Shown here: positions 38,223 through 46,825 of the stretch, in pieces
Layout of the letters: every line of letters starts with the position of its first letter
Position numbering within the stretch: the stretch's first letter is position 1
Assembly: GCA_045660545.1 (NCBI GenBank)
Contig: JAZREA010000021.1
Span: forward strand, 2,511-66,510
DNA length: 64,000 nt
Source: Clostridia bacterium
GTDB lineage: Bacteria > Bacillota > Clostridia > Monoglobales > Firm-18
Reading direction: 5' to 3'
Notes under the pieces: generated by a model
Databases searched by the model: none
The model's input: the letters and a program-made list of their open reading frames with translations, nothing else
Told to the model about the DNA's origin: nothing
Program-made: the position numbers and the translations under genes

Positions 38223-38540
38223 CAAAAGGGTCATCTGTAAGGCCACCACCAGACAAGGAAGTAATGGTTTTGAAGCCTGATTTTCCGTTTATGCTTCGTA
38301 AAAAATTCCCGAAATACGCCAGTATTACGGAATTTTTATTACTTGCCTAATTCGAAAAATCAGATATTCAAAACTGCAAGGCATCCTAAAACCAAAATTT
38401 TTCGATGAAGTTCAAGGCGAAAGCAGCCCATAATCCTGACGGATATGGGCTGTTTTTAACGCTGAAATTCGCAAAAAAGATGGTTTTTAGGACAATACTT
38501 CCTTATCTGGCGGTGGCCAAAGATGACCCTTTATTTACAT
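38216..38540. repeat. inverted-repeat-bounded non-coding module A (MITE-like, inverton or structured RNA candidate)
   Basis: IR-L at 38225-38263 versus the reverse complement of IR-R at 38496-38532: 33 identical positions, 2 substitutions and one 2-nt indel. The interior of about 230 nt contains three further hairpins and no credible ORF. Confidence 0.6.
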
Positions 38541-38544
38541 ATTA

Positions 38545-40596
38545 TTAGTTCAAAAGATAGTTGTTTTGGTATATTTTGCCCAGCGTTTTTTCCATAATTT
38601 TCTTGTCTTTGTCCGCTATTTTGCCGATATTATCGAGCACAAACTGCGCCGCCTCGCCCGCCTTTGCAAGAACGTCTGTGTCCTCGTAAATATTCGCCAC
38701 CTTAAACTCGGGCAGACCGTGCTGACGAGTACCAAAAAACTCGCCGGGGCCTCTTAGCTGCAAATCCTTTTCAGAAATTACAAAGCCGTCGTTGGTCTTT
38801 GTCATAATGTCCATGCGCTCTTTTGCGATTCCTTCTTTCGCCTCACAAAACATTATGCAGTACGACTGGTGTTCCCCTCTGCCTACTCTTCCTCTTAGCT
38901 GATGCAGCTGCGAAAGGCCGAAACGCTCTGCGTTTTCGATAACCATAGTGTTGGCGTTTGGAACATTAACCCCTACCTCAATAACGGTGGTGCTGACTAA
39001 AACGTCTACCTCCCCAAGGCAAAAGCGCTCCATTACCTCTTCCTTTTCCTTGGCGGAGAGCTTGCCGTAAACGACGCCGACGTTATGACCTTTAAACACG
39101 GTGTCCTCGAGCCTTTTAGCGTAGTCTGTAACCGCCTTTAACTGTTCCTCTACCTCCGAGGTCTCTACCATGGGGCAGACTATATACACCTGGCGGCCTG
39201 CGTCGATTTGTTTTAGCATAAAATTGTTAATTCTCTGCCTCATCCCTTCGTCGACGGCGTATGTATCGACCTTCTTCCTTCCGGGCGGAAGCTGCCTGAT
39301 AGCAGAAATGTCAAGGTCTCCATACAATATAAGCGCCAGTGTCCTGGGTATAGGTGTCGCAGTCATAACCAGAGTGTGCGGGTTTTTACCCTTTTCGTAA
39401 AGCTCGCTACGCTGCTTTACGCCAAAGCGGTGCTGCTCGTCCGTAACAACGAGCGCAAGGTTTTTAAACTCTACTTCCTTTTGTATAACAGCGTGGGTGC
39501 CTATTACAAGGTCGACCTCGCCGTTTTTTATCTTTTCGTAGGCCTCGCGCTTTTGCTTTGCGGTCATACTACCTTTTAACAAAATTATGCGCACTCCCAA
39601 GGGCGAAAGCATCCCAAAAAGCGACTCCATATGCTGATTGGCAAGTATCTCTGTCGGCGCCATCATTGCCGCCTGGTATCCGCCCTTTATGGCAACGTAA
39701 ATTGCCGCAGCGGCAACAACCGTCTTTCCGCAGCCGACGTCGCCCTGCACAAGCCTGTTCATAGGCAGGTCCTTGCCCATATCAACACATATTTCTTCTA
39801 TAACCTTCCTTTGGTCGTCAGTAAGTTCAAACGGGAGCGACGAAACAAGCTCTGTGCTCTTTCCGTCGTCCTTTATCGCTACGCCTTTTACAACCTTGCG
39901 CCTCTTTCTGATCGCGCGCATCGCAAGTTGGAGGTAAAAAAGCTCCTCAAAGGCGAGCCTCCTCTTTGCGTAAGCAAACTTTTGTTCATCCTGCGGGAAG
40001 TGGATGTTACAAACTGCGTAGTCTATACCACAAAGCGTGTATTTTTCGCGGACAAAGTCGGGCAAAGTCTCCTCTAATTCACCAACCGCAGCCATACACT
40101 CGCTTACGGTTGACTGCATAATCTTTTGCGTAAGCCCCAAGGTAAGAGGATAGACTGGGACAATCCTGTTGGCAAACTTGTCCTCGCCGACCTTTTCGTA
40201 TATTGGGTTAGACATTTCAAGCTTGTAATTTTTAACCGTTATTCTTCCGTAGAAATAATATTCCCCCGAAACGTCAAAGTTTTTTGCTATCCAGTCCTGG
40301 TTAAACCACGTTATGTCCACAACGCCTGTGCCGTCAGAAACACGCAGTTTTTGCAAAGAAAGCCCACGCCGAACACGGTTGTTCTTCACAACCGTGACAG
40401 CGTGAGCTCTAATCAGAACGGTCTGACCGTCCATAGCTTCACTTATTCTTTTAACCTTAGACCTGTCTTCGTAAGCTCTGGGGTAAAAGCCAAGCATATC
40501 TTCGACGGTAAAAATGCCCATTTTGTTAAAAAGCTTTTGCCTTGCAGGGCCGATTGACTTAATCGTATTAATTCCGTCGTTTATCATAATTCTCAC
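38545..40596 (-). CDS. recG: ATP-dependent DNA helicase RecG
   Basis: 683 aa with a wedge domain plus SF2 motifs: GDVGCGKT, DEQHRFG, TATPIPRT and QLHQLRGRVGRG. Confidence 0.93.
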   Translation of the reverse strand: MRIMINDGINTIKSIGPARQKLFNKMGIFTVEDMLGFYPRAYEDRSKVKRISEAMDGQTVLIRAHAVTVVKNNRVRRGLSLQKLRVSDGTGVVDITWFNQDWIAKNFDVSGEYYFYGRITVKNYKLEMSNPIYEKVGEDKFANRIVPVYPLTLGLTQKIMQSTVSECMAAVGELEETLPDFVREKYTLCGIDYAVCNIHFPQDEQKFAYAKRRLAFEELFYLQLAMRAIRKRRKVVKGVAIKDDGKSTELVSSLPFELTDDQRKVIEEICVDMGKDLPMNRLVQGDVGCGKTVVAAAAIYVAIKGGYQAAMMAPTEILANQHMESLFGMLSPLGVRIILLKGSMTAKQKREAYEKIKNGEVDLVIGTHAVIQKEVEFKNLALVVTDEQHRFGVKQRSELYEKGKNPHTLVMTATPIPRTLALILYGDLDISAIRQLPPGRKKVDTYAVDEGMRQRINNFMLKQIDAGRQVYIVCPMVETSEVEEQLKAVTDYAKRLEDTVFKGHNVGVVYGKLSAKEKEEVMERFCLGEVDVLVSTTVIEVGVNVPNANTMVIENAERFGLSQLHQLRGRVGRGEHQSYCIMFCEAKEGIAKERMDIMTKTNDGFVISEKDLQLRGPGEFFGTRQHGLPEFKVANIYEDTDVLAKAGEAAQFVLDNIGKIADKDKKIMEKTLGKIYQNNYLLN

Positions 40597-40600
40597 TAAC

Positions 40601-42241
40601 CTATTCTACTGAAATAATATAGTAGTAAAGTGGCTGACCGCCCTCATAGAACATACAGTCGTACTTCGGATAAGCTTCGCTTATAGCCTTTTCAAGCTCA
40701 GAAGCCGTCTCTGCGGAAACATCGCTTCCGTAGAAAACAGATATTACGGAAGATTCGTCGTCTGTCATGTCATCCACAAGCTTTCTTGTAACTTCGGACG
40801 GGTCGGAGCCGATGTGGGTAATCTTACCTTCCTCCATACCCATAATGTCGTCCTTTTTGATTTCAAGGCCGTCTATTTCGGAGTCACGTGCGGCGAAGGT
40901 AACCGAGCCTGTTTTAACAACAGCGATTGCCTCGTGCATAGCCTCGGTAATCTCCTCCAAAGAAGCGCTTTCGTCAAACGCCAGTATAGCGCTGATTCCC
41001 TGAGGAACAGTCTTTGTAGGTATAACTACAACGGTCTTTTCCGTAAGCTCATCCACCTGCTCTGCCGCAAGGATAATGTTTTTGTTGTTCGGGAATACAA
41101 AGACAGTCTTTGCGTTTACGCTCTCTACCGCCTTTAAGATGTCCTCTGTGCTCGGGTTCATACTCTGGCCGCCCTCGACCATTTTGTCCGCCCCAAGCTC
41201 TAAGAATATATTGCTCATTCCCTCGCCTGCTGCAACTGCCACCATACCGTAATCCTTCGGAGGCTCTGTTGGCTGCTCAGCCGGAGCTGATGAAGCGGGA
41301 GCTTCGGGAATAATCTCGTTGTGTTGAAGCTTCATGTTGTCAATCTTGATACTTTCAAGCTCGCCGAGCAAAACCGCCTGTTCGAGCACAAAGCCCGGGT
41401 GGTTTGTATGGATGTGTACCTTTATAACATCGTCGTCGTCAATTACCAGCATACAGTCGCCCTTGTCCTCGATTGAAGAACGAAAAGCGTCTACTGTGTG
41501 GCCTGTTGACTTTTTATTAATAATAAACTCTGTGCAGTACATAAACTTTATGTCTGCTGTGTCTATTTCGCTGCTTGCTGCGGCAGGTTTAGCAACAGTT
41601 GCGTTAGAATTTTCCGCAACAATTTCGTCACCCATAAGCGCGCTTAAACATCCGTTTAAAATCACACAAAGGCCCATACCGCCTGCGTCTACAACGCCTG
41701 CCTGTTTCAGCACGGGGAGCATATCCGGAGTCTTGTCAAGCACCTCTTTTGAGTGTGCGACAACCATCTTTGCAAATTCGCATATGTCGTCAGTCTTCTC
41801 AGCAGCTTTCAAAGCGAAAGCCGCAGTTTCTCTAGAAACTGTAAGTATCGTGCCCTCCGTAGGCTTCATTACTGCCTTGTAAGCAGTGTCATTAGCGCTT
41901 TTAAACGCAGCGGCAAGCTCCTTAGTGCCGACCGAATCTGCGCCCGCAAGACCTTTGTAAAAGCCTCTGAAAAGCTGTGAAGATATAACACCGCTGTTAC
42001 CCCTTGCGCCTCTTAGCGAAGCGGAAGCGATAGCCTCGGCAACCTTACTTACGCTGTTTTCCTCAACAGAATGGATTTTGCGTGCAGCTGCCGACACGGT
42101 CATCGACATATTAGTACCCGTGTCACCGTCAGGAACGGGGAAGACGTTTAAGTCGTCCACCATATGTTTGTTGTTTTCAAGATTATTGGCTCCGCTTAAA
42201 AACACCTTCTTAAGCAAGTCACCATCAAGTTTCTTAATCAT
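40601..42241 (-). CDS. yloV: DAK2 domain fusion protein YloV
   Basis: 546 aa with the Dak2 motif PDGDTGTNM. Conserved asp23-yloV-recG order. Confidence 0.85.
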   Translation of the reverse strand: MIKKLDGDLLKKVFLSGANNLENNKHMVDDLNVFPVPDGDTGTNMSMTVSAAARKIHSVEENSVSKVAEAIASASLRGARGNSGVISSQLFRGFYKGLAGADSVGTKELAAAFKSANDTAYKAVMKPTEGTILTVSRETAAFALKAAEKTDDICEFAKMVVAHSKEVLDKTPDMLPVLKQAGVVDAGGMGLCVILNGCLSALMGDEIVAENSNATVAKPAAASSEIDTADIKFMYCTEFIINKKSTGHTVDAFRSSIEDKGDCMLVIDDDDVIKVHIHTNHPGFVLEQAVLLGELESIKIDNMKLQHNEIIPEAPASSAPAEQPTEPPKDYGMVAVAAGEGMSNIFLELGADKMVEGGQSMNPSTEDILKAVESVNAKTVFVFPNNKNIILAAEQVDELTEKTVVVIPTKTVPQGISAILAFDESASLEEITEAMHEAIAVVKTGSVTFAARDSEIDGLEIKKDDIMGMEEGKITHIGSDPSEVTRKLVDDMTDDESSVISVFYGSDVSAETASELEKAISEAYPKYDCMFYEGGQPLYYYIISVE

Positions 42242-42252
42242 TAGTTCACCTC

Positions 42253-42606
42253 TTAGTCCACTCTGACGCTTTCGACATTAACGTTTACCTGCTTAACCAA
42301 AAAGCCTGTGGTACTTTCGACGTTATACTTAACGCCCTCGATAATGCTTTCAGAAGTAGTTTTAATATTAATACCGTAACCGACTATAACGTGCACGTCT
42401 ATAACGAGCCCGTCGTCTTCCACAGTAACTTTGATACCCTTGCTCATAGCGTCGCGCTTTAAAAGAGAAGCAAAGCCGTCAGCCTTGTTCCTTACAGCCA
42501 TACCCACAACGCCGTAACAACGTGTGGCAGCGTCCCCCGCGATTGTAGCTATAACTTCGGAAGAAATTGTAATCAATCCGTTTTTGTTCTCTACCTTAGC
42601 GTTCAT
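42253..42606 (-). CDS. Asp23/Gls24 family envelope stress protein
   Basis: Start moved to ATG 42606 behind GGAGGTG. The ISSEVIATIAGDAATRCYGVVGM motif is present. Confidence 0.85.
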   Translation of the reverse strand: MNAKVENKNGLITISSEVIATIAGDAATRCYGVVGMAVRNKADGFASLLKRDAMSKGIKVTVEDDGLVIDVHVIVGYGINIKTTSESIIEGVKYNVESTTGFLVKQVNVNVESVRVD

Positions 42607-42785
42607 AATATACACCTCCGGATAAAATAAATGCCAAATTAATAACAAACCTCATATTTAGTATATTGTACCACATGTGCAAAAAAATATCAACTAATTT
42701 TTAAAAAAGCCATCGCCCTAATCGACCATATTTTCACAAACGCGGATAATATAATAAAAAAATCCCACACTATTATTAAAGGTGT

Positions 42786-43142
42786 GTGATTTGTTTGAAA
42801 AAAATTTTATATTTACTGACAGGTCTTGCAAGCGGCTTTGTAAACGGCATATTAGGTACGGGTGGCGGAACAATAGTTGTGCCCGCAATCGAGCTTTTGG
42901 GCGTTGACACAAAAAGCTCGCACTCTACCGCAATAGCAGTAATACTTCCGATAACGATAGTTTCCTCCTTCTTTTACTTCAAGCAGGGGATATCCGACAT
43001 AAAGTCTACCCTCATACTTTCCGCAGCAGGATGTGTCGGCGCAGTATTCGGCGCAAAATTCTTAAAGAAAATTCCGTCCTCATACTTAAAAATACTGTTT
43101 GGCGCGTCCATGATATTTGGCGGAATAAGAGGGCTTATGTAA
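42786..43142 (+). CDS. half-size TauE/SafE (TSUP) family membrane protein, N-terminal-type half
   Basis: 118 aa with about 4 TM segments and motif GFVNGILGTGGGTIVVP. The exact start is uncertain (GTG 42786 or TTG 42795). Confidence 0.65.
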   Translation: MICLKKILYLLTGLASGFVNGILGTGGGTIVVPAIELLGVDTKSSHSTAIAVILPITIVSSFFYFKQGISDIKSTLILSAAGCVGAVFGAKFLKKIPSSYLKILFGASMIFGGIRGLM

Positions 43143-43162
43143 AACAGGAAAGGTGTGGTCGT

Positions 43163-43534
43163 GTGATACTTTTAATTATTGCAGGAGTAGTATCAGGAAT
43201 AATAAGCGGAATGGGTATCGGCGGAGGAATAATACTGATTCCTACGCTGACGATGCTTTTGGGCTTTGACCAAAAGACAGCTCAGGGGATAACCCTGCTG
43301 TACTTTATACCCACCGCAATCTTCGCACTAACCGTACACATAAAAAACAAAACAATTAACTTCAAAGCTGCTGCGCTGCTAATCGCCGCAGGCATACCGG
43401 GCGCGGTCTTGGGCACGTATGTACTGAAATTTGTCTCCCCCGAAACATTGGGCAAGATATTTTCCGCCTTCTTGCTGAGCATTGGTGTTTATCAGGTAAT
43501 ATCGGGAATTAAAGAACGAAAAAAATCAGTTTAG
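43163..43534 (+). CDS. half-size TauE/SafE (TSUP) family membrane protein, second half
   Basis: GTG start at 43163 behind AGGAAAGGTG. About 123 aa with motif GIISGMGIGGGIILIP. Confidence 0.65.
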   Translation: MILLIIAGVVSGIISGMGIGGGIILIPTLTMLLGFDQKTAQGITLLYFIPTAIFALTVHIKNKTINFKAAALLIAAGIPGAVLGTYVLKFVSPETLGKIFSAFLLSIGVYQVISGIKERKKSV

Positions 43535-44119
43535 ACTAAACGAATCCATAACTTTCAAAAAGTCCTGCTCAGTTTTTTGCGAAATCTGCGGACCTTTCAT
43601 AAGCGTAATGTTGTAACCGTATTTTTCCGCAATAATTATATGCTGCACAACCTCGTTTCCGTCATAGGTGTACTCTGCTATGAGCACTTCTGCTCCGTCT
43701 TTTGTCGTTTCCTCAAACCTTGTAAACTCCACACCCATACCAGAGTTTTTAATCGCCGATTCAAACTCCTCTTTGGACACTTTTTTCAGCGTGCCTTCGT
43801 TTTTCGCAGTTACTATGTTTATGCTCGAGCCGCTTTTGTCGTCTGTCAAAATAAAGTCCACTGCTCTTGCAATTTGGGTCGCGGTGTACCCTTCGGGATA
43901 TTTAACTGTGTATCCGTTTTCGGAAGTGTGTACCTTGTATCCGTCACTGCCCGTCGGGTCTGTAAGCGCGGTTTGCTCGGGGTTTTGAGTTTCCTGCGCA
44001 GCAGGTGTTGTTTCGGCCTCATCCTTGCCTGCCATAATAAAAAGCAGAGTAGTACATATTAAGGCAACCGCAACGCAAAGTACAATCAGTATGTATCTGA
44101 CCTTTTTATCCATAATCAA
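43526..44119 (-). CDS. hypothetical membrane-anchored extracytoplasmic protein
   Basis: N-terminal TM segment (YILIVLCVAVALICTTLLFIMA), a low-complexity linker, then a roughly 130-aa globular domain. No family recognised. Its 3' end overlaps the convergent TauE half gene by 9 nt. Confidence 0.5.
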   Translation of the reverse strand: MIMDKKVRYILIVLCVAVALICTTLLFIMAGKDEAETTPAAQETQNPEQTALTDPTGSDGYKVHTSENGYTVKYPEGYTATQIARAVDFILTDDKSGSSINIVTAKNEGTLKKVSKEEFESAIKNSGMGVEFTRFEETTKDGAEVLIAEYTYDGNEVVQHIIIAEKYGYNITLMKGPQISQKTEQDFLKVMDSFSLN

Positions 44120-44952
44120 AACCTCTCCAAAAAAGAATGTGTCACTCCGTTTTCCTTATACCCCGGCATAGTTTCCAAGTTAACCGAATGGATGCTGTTG
44201 AAGATATTGTTTTCGACATCAGGGTTGGTCTTTTTAAGCTCTTTTATAAGCATCTTAATCTCCTGACGTTTCGACTCGCCGATGCCGTCCTCGGAGCTAT
44301 CTCTTTTTTCGACAAACCTGCATGCGCACTGTATAAATTCAAGGCCGTTATAGCTTTTCCACGCCAAAATATCGTCCTCGTGCACGCAATAAAGCGGGCG
44401 TATAAGCTCCATACCCTCAAAGTTTGTGCTATGTAATTTTGGAAGCATCGCCTGAATCTGCGCGCCGTACATCATACCAAGAAGAGTGGTTTCTATAACG
44501 TCGTTAAAGTGATGACCGAGCGCAATCTTGTTACACCCAAGCTCCTTTGCCTTGGCGTACAGATGCCCTCTTCTCATCCTCGCACACATATAGCACGGCG
44601 AGCCGTCCATTGTGTTTACAGCGTCAAAAATGTCGGACTCAAAAACAGTAAGAGGAATGTTCATAAGACGCGCGTTGTCCTCGATTCTCTGCCTGTTTTT
44701 CGGGTTGTATCCGGGGTCCATAACAAGATACAAAAGCTCGAAATTCACATCGCTGATTTTTTGAAGGTGCCTCATAAGATTCGCCATAATCATCGAATCC
44801 TTGCCGCCCGAAATGCAAACGGCAATCTTGTCGTTTTCCTTAACAAGCTCGTATCTTTTCACCCCTGCGATAAACGGGTTCCATATTTCTTTTCTATATT
44901 TTTTAATCAGGCTTCGTTCAATAAGCTGATATTTTTCAAGCTCTCTCGGCAT
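44116..44952 (-). CDS. PP-loop ATPase, TtcA-like tRNA 2-thiolation protein
   Basis: SGGKDS PP-loop (CISGGKDSM) and Cys motifs CYMCARMRRG and CACRF. Confidence 0.7.
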   Translation of the reverse strand: MPRELEKYQLIERSLIKKYRKEIWNPFIAGVKRYELVKENDKIAVCISGGKDSMIMANLMRHLQKISDVNFELLYLVMDPGYNPKNRQRIEDNARLMNIPLTVFESDIFDAVNTMDGSPCYMCARMRRGHLYAKAKELGCNKIALGHHFNDVIETTLLGMMYGAQIQAMLPKLHSTNFEGMELIRPLYCVHEDDILAWKSYNGLEFIQCACRFVEKRDSSEDGIGESKRQEIKMLIKELKKTNPDVENNIFNSIHSVNLETMPGYKENGVTHSFLERF

Positions 44953-45652
44953 AGCTACCTCCGACTAAATCCTTTATAACCTCCGACGCGATAACAAGCC
45001 CCGCTACCGAAGGTACAAACGACACACTTCCCGGTACTCCCCTTTTCCCCTGGTTTTCCGGCTGTGTTATCGGCTTTTCCTTTGAATACACCACTTTTAA
45101 CTTCTTTACTCCCCGCTTTTTAAGCTCGTACCTCATCACTCTGGCAAGCGGGCAGACAGATGTGTCGTATATATCCGCCACCTCAAACTCCGTTGGGTTT
45201 AGCTTATTCCCCGCACCCATAGAGCATATAATCGGCGTGCCTGCGCTTTGCGCCTTCACAACAAGCTCTATTTTGCCCGTAACAGTGTCTATCGCGTCAA
45301 CTACATAGTCGTAATTTTTAAAGTCAAATTCCTCACTGTTTTCGGGGGTGTAAAAGCACTTGTGCGCGTTAACCACGGCGGCAGGGTTGATGTCCCTTAT
45401 CCTCTCCGCCATAACCTCCACCTTGGCTTTGCCGACAGTAGAGTGCAGCGCGATAATCTGTCTGTTTATATTAGAAAGGCTTACAACGTCATCGTCGATT
45501 AAGTCAAGCGCACCAACGCCGCAACGTGCCAAAGCCTCGGCCACATACCCGCCGACACCTCCGACGCCAAATATTGCAACTTTGGATTCTTTAAGCTTTT
45601 GTAGCCCTTCGTCGCCGATTAAAAGCCCGGTCCTTATAAATTCATTTTCCAT
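44936..45652 (-). CDS. tcdA: ThiF-family tRNA threonylcarbamoyladenosine dehydratase (TcdA-like)
   Basis: 238 aa with Rossmann motif VAIFGVGGVGGYVAEALARCGVG. Short single-domain E1-like protein. Confidence 0.7.
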   Translation of the reverse strand: MENEFIRTGLLIGDEGLQKLKESKVAIFGVGGVGGYVAEALARCGVGALDLIDDDVVSLSNINRQIIALHSTVGKAKVEVMAERIRDINPAAVVNAHKCFYTPENSEEFDFKNYDYVVDAIDTVTGKIELVVKAQSAGTPIICSMGAGNKLNPTEFEVADIYDTSVCPLARVMRYELKKRGVKKLKVVYSKEKPITQPENQGKRGVPGSVSFVPSVAGLVIASEVIKDLVGGSYAERA

Positions 45653-45727
45653 AGTATATTCCTTTCAATACAACAAAAGCGCGTTTTTACTTTTTAAGTG
45701 ATAAAACCTTTACGCAATGTATAAAAA

Positions 45728-46771
45728 TCAGAGATTATGACGAATGATGACCTCTGTCAGCGCTTGGGCCATAGAAGCAAAGCCAAAATCGGTTGGATGG
45801 CAGTTGTCGACCGTTCCCGAATCTTTGCAAAGTCCGGTCAGCGCCTCTCCATCAATAAAATATACATTTTTATCGCCCGATAAAACAGCATTACGATATG
45901 TTGTTTCAATTATGTTTCGTCTTGTTTTTTCCTCTTTTGTCAAAAAATGTTTTGGACGGGACATAATTATCACAGGCAAAAGCGGATTTCTCTTTCTTAT
46001 TTCCTTAAACATTTTTTCATGAGTTTTTTTAAGATGCTCCGCAGTGGGAGCGTTGTAGTCGTAATCATAGACAAAAACTGACATATCTAAATTTTTGATA
46101 TAATCAATCATCTCATCTTCCGCCTTTGCATTCCCCGAAAAGCCAAGATTTATGTAATCATAATCAAAATTTCTTGAAACAATTGCCTGATAGCTCATTC
46201 CCGGCCTCGACGCACATCCTCCTTGTGTAATTGAAGAACCATAATATACAATCGGCTCTTTGTTTTTATAAGGCTCTGGCTCTTTCAGTAACGAGCCTTC
46301 CTTTAACCCTATATACAGCTCCTTAACATTCGAATACAGAGGGAAATTTATGGTTATTTGTCTTTGTGTGCTTTCTTCAAATTCCACAATACTTTCATAT
46401 CCATTTTCTATATCAAAAGGAGGAACAAAGGATTTAACATACTGATTGTTTGCGTACAAATCAAATCCCACAGAACCCGTTAATGCGAAATGTGGCATTT
46501 TACCCAAGCCATCCATTTTAGTATGAATAGCTATGTAGGGGCTGTCAGTAACAAATCTGACTCTTCCGCCCGCGGTGTTTGAATGCAAAGCATAAACACC
46601 TTCACTGACACTTTTTGCAACACTTTCAGGCATACGCCTATATTTCCCGTTTTCCCTGAAAACCCCATAAACCTTAAACGGTGACTCATCACTTTTATGA
46701 AACTTAATATCTTTTTTATCTATTTTTGTTTCAACTGCAAAATTGCTGTCTATCCTCGAAATATCCGACAT
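45728..46771 (-). CDS. SGNH/GDSL hydrolase with an N-terminal beta-sandwich domain
   Basis: Block I YGSSITQG, block III GFSGN and block V DNCHPTD. Confidence 0.7.
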   Translation of the reverse strand: MSDISRIDSNFAVETKIDKKDIKFHKSDESPFKVYGVFRENGKYRRMPESVAKSVSEGVYALHSNTAGGRVRFVTDSPYIAIHTKMDGLGKMPHFALTGSVGFDLYANNQYVKSFVPPFDIENGYESIVEFEESTQRQITINFPLYSNVKELYIGLKEGSLLKEPEPYKNKEPIVYYGSSITQGGCASRPGMSYQAIVSRNFDYDYINLGFSGNAKAEDEMIDYIKNLDMSVFVYDYDYNAPTAEHLKKTHEKMFKEIRKRNPLLPVIIMSRPKHFLTKEEKTRRNIIETTYRNAVLSGDKNVYFIDGEALTGLCKDSGTVDNCHPTDFGFASMAQALTEVIIRHNL

Positions 46772-46825
46772 GTTAAATCTCTTCCTTTCAACATTGACAT
46801 TCCTTTGTTTTTTAATTCTTATATT

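Noticed and set aside
38264-38350. Small ORFs inside module A (28 aa on the plus strand, MVLKPDFPFMLRKKFPKYASITEFLLLA; 21 aa on the minus strand, MGCFRLELHRKILVLGCLAVL), considered as a type I toxin or other micropeptide.
   Set aside because: RBS spacing is poor or absent, there is no TM-like hydrophobic helix typical of type I toxins, and both lie within hairpin arms. Treated as non-coding.
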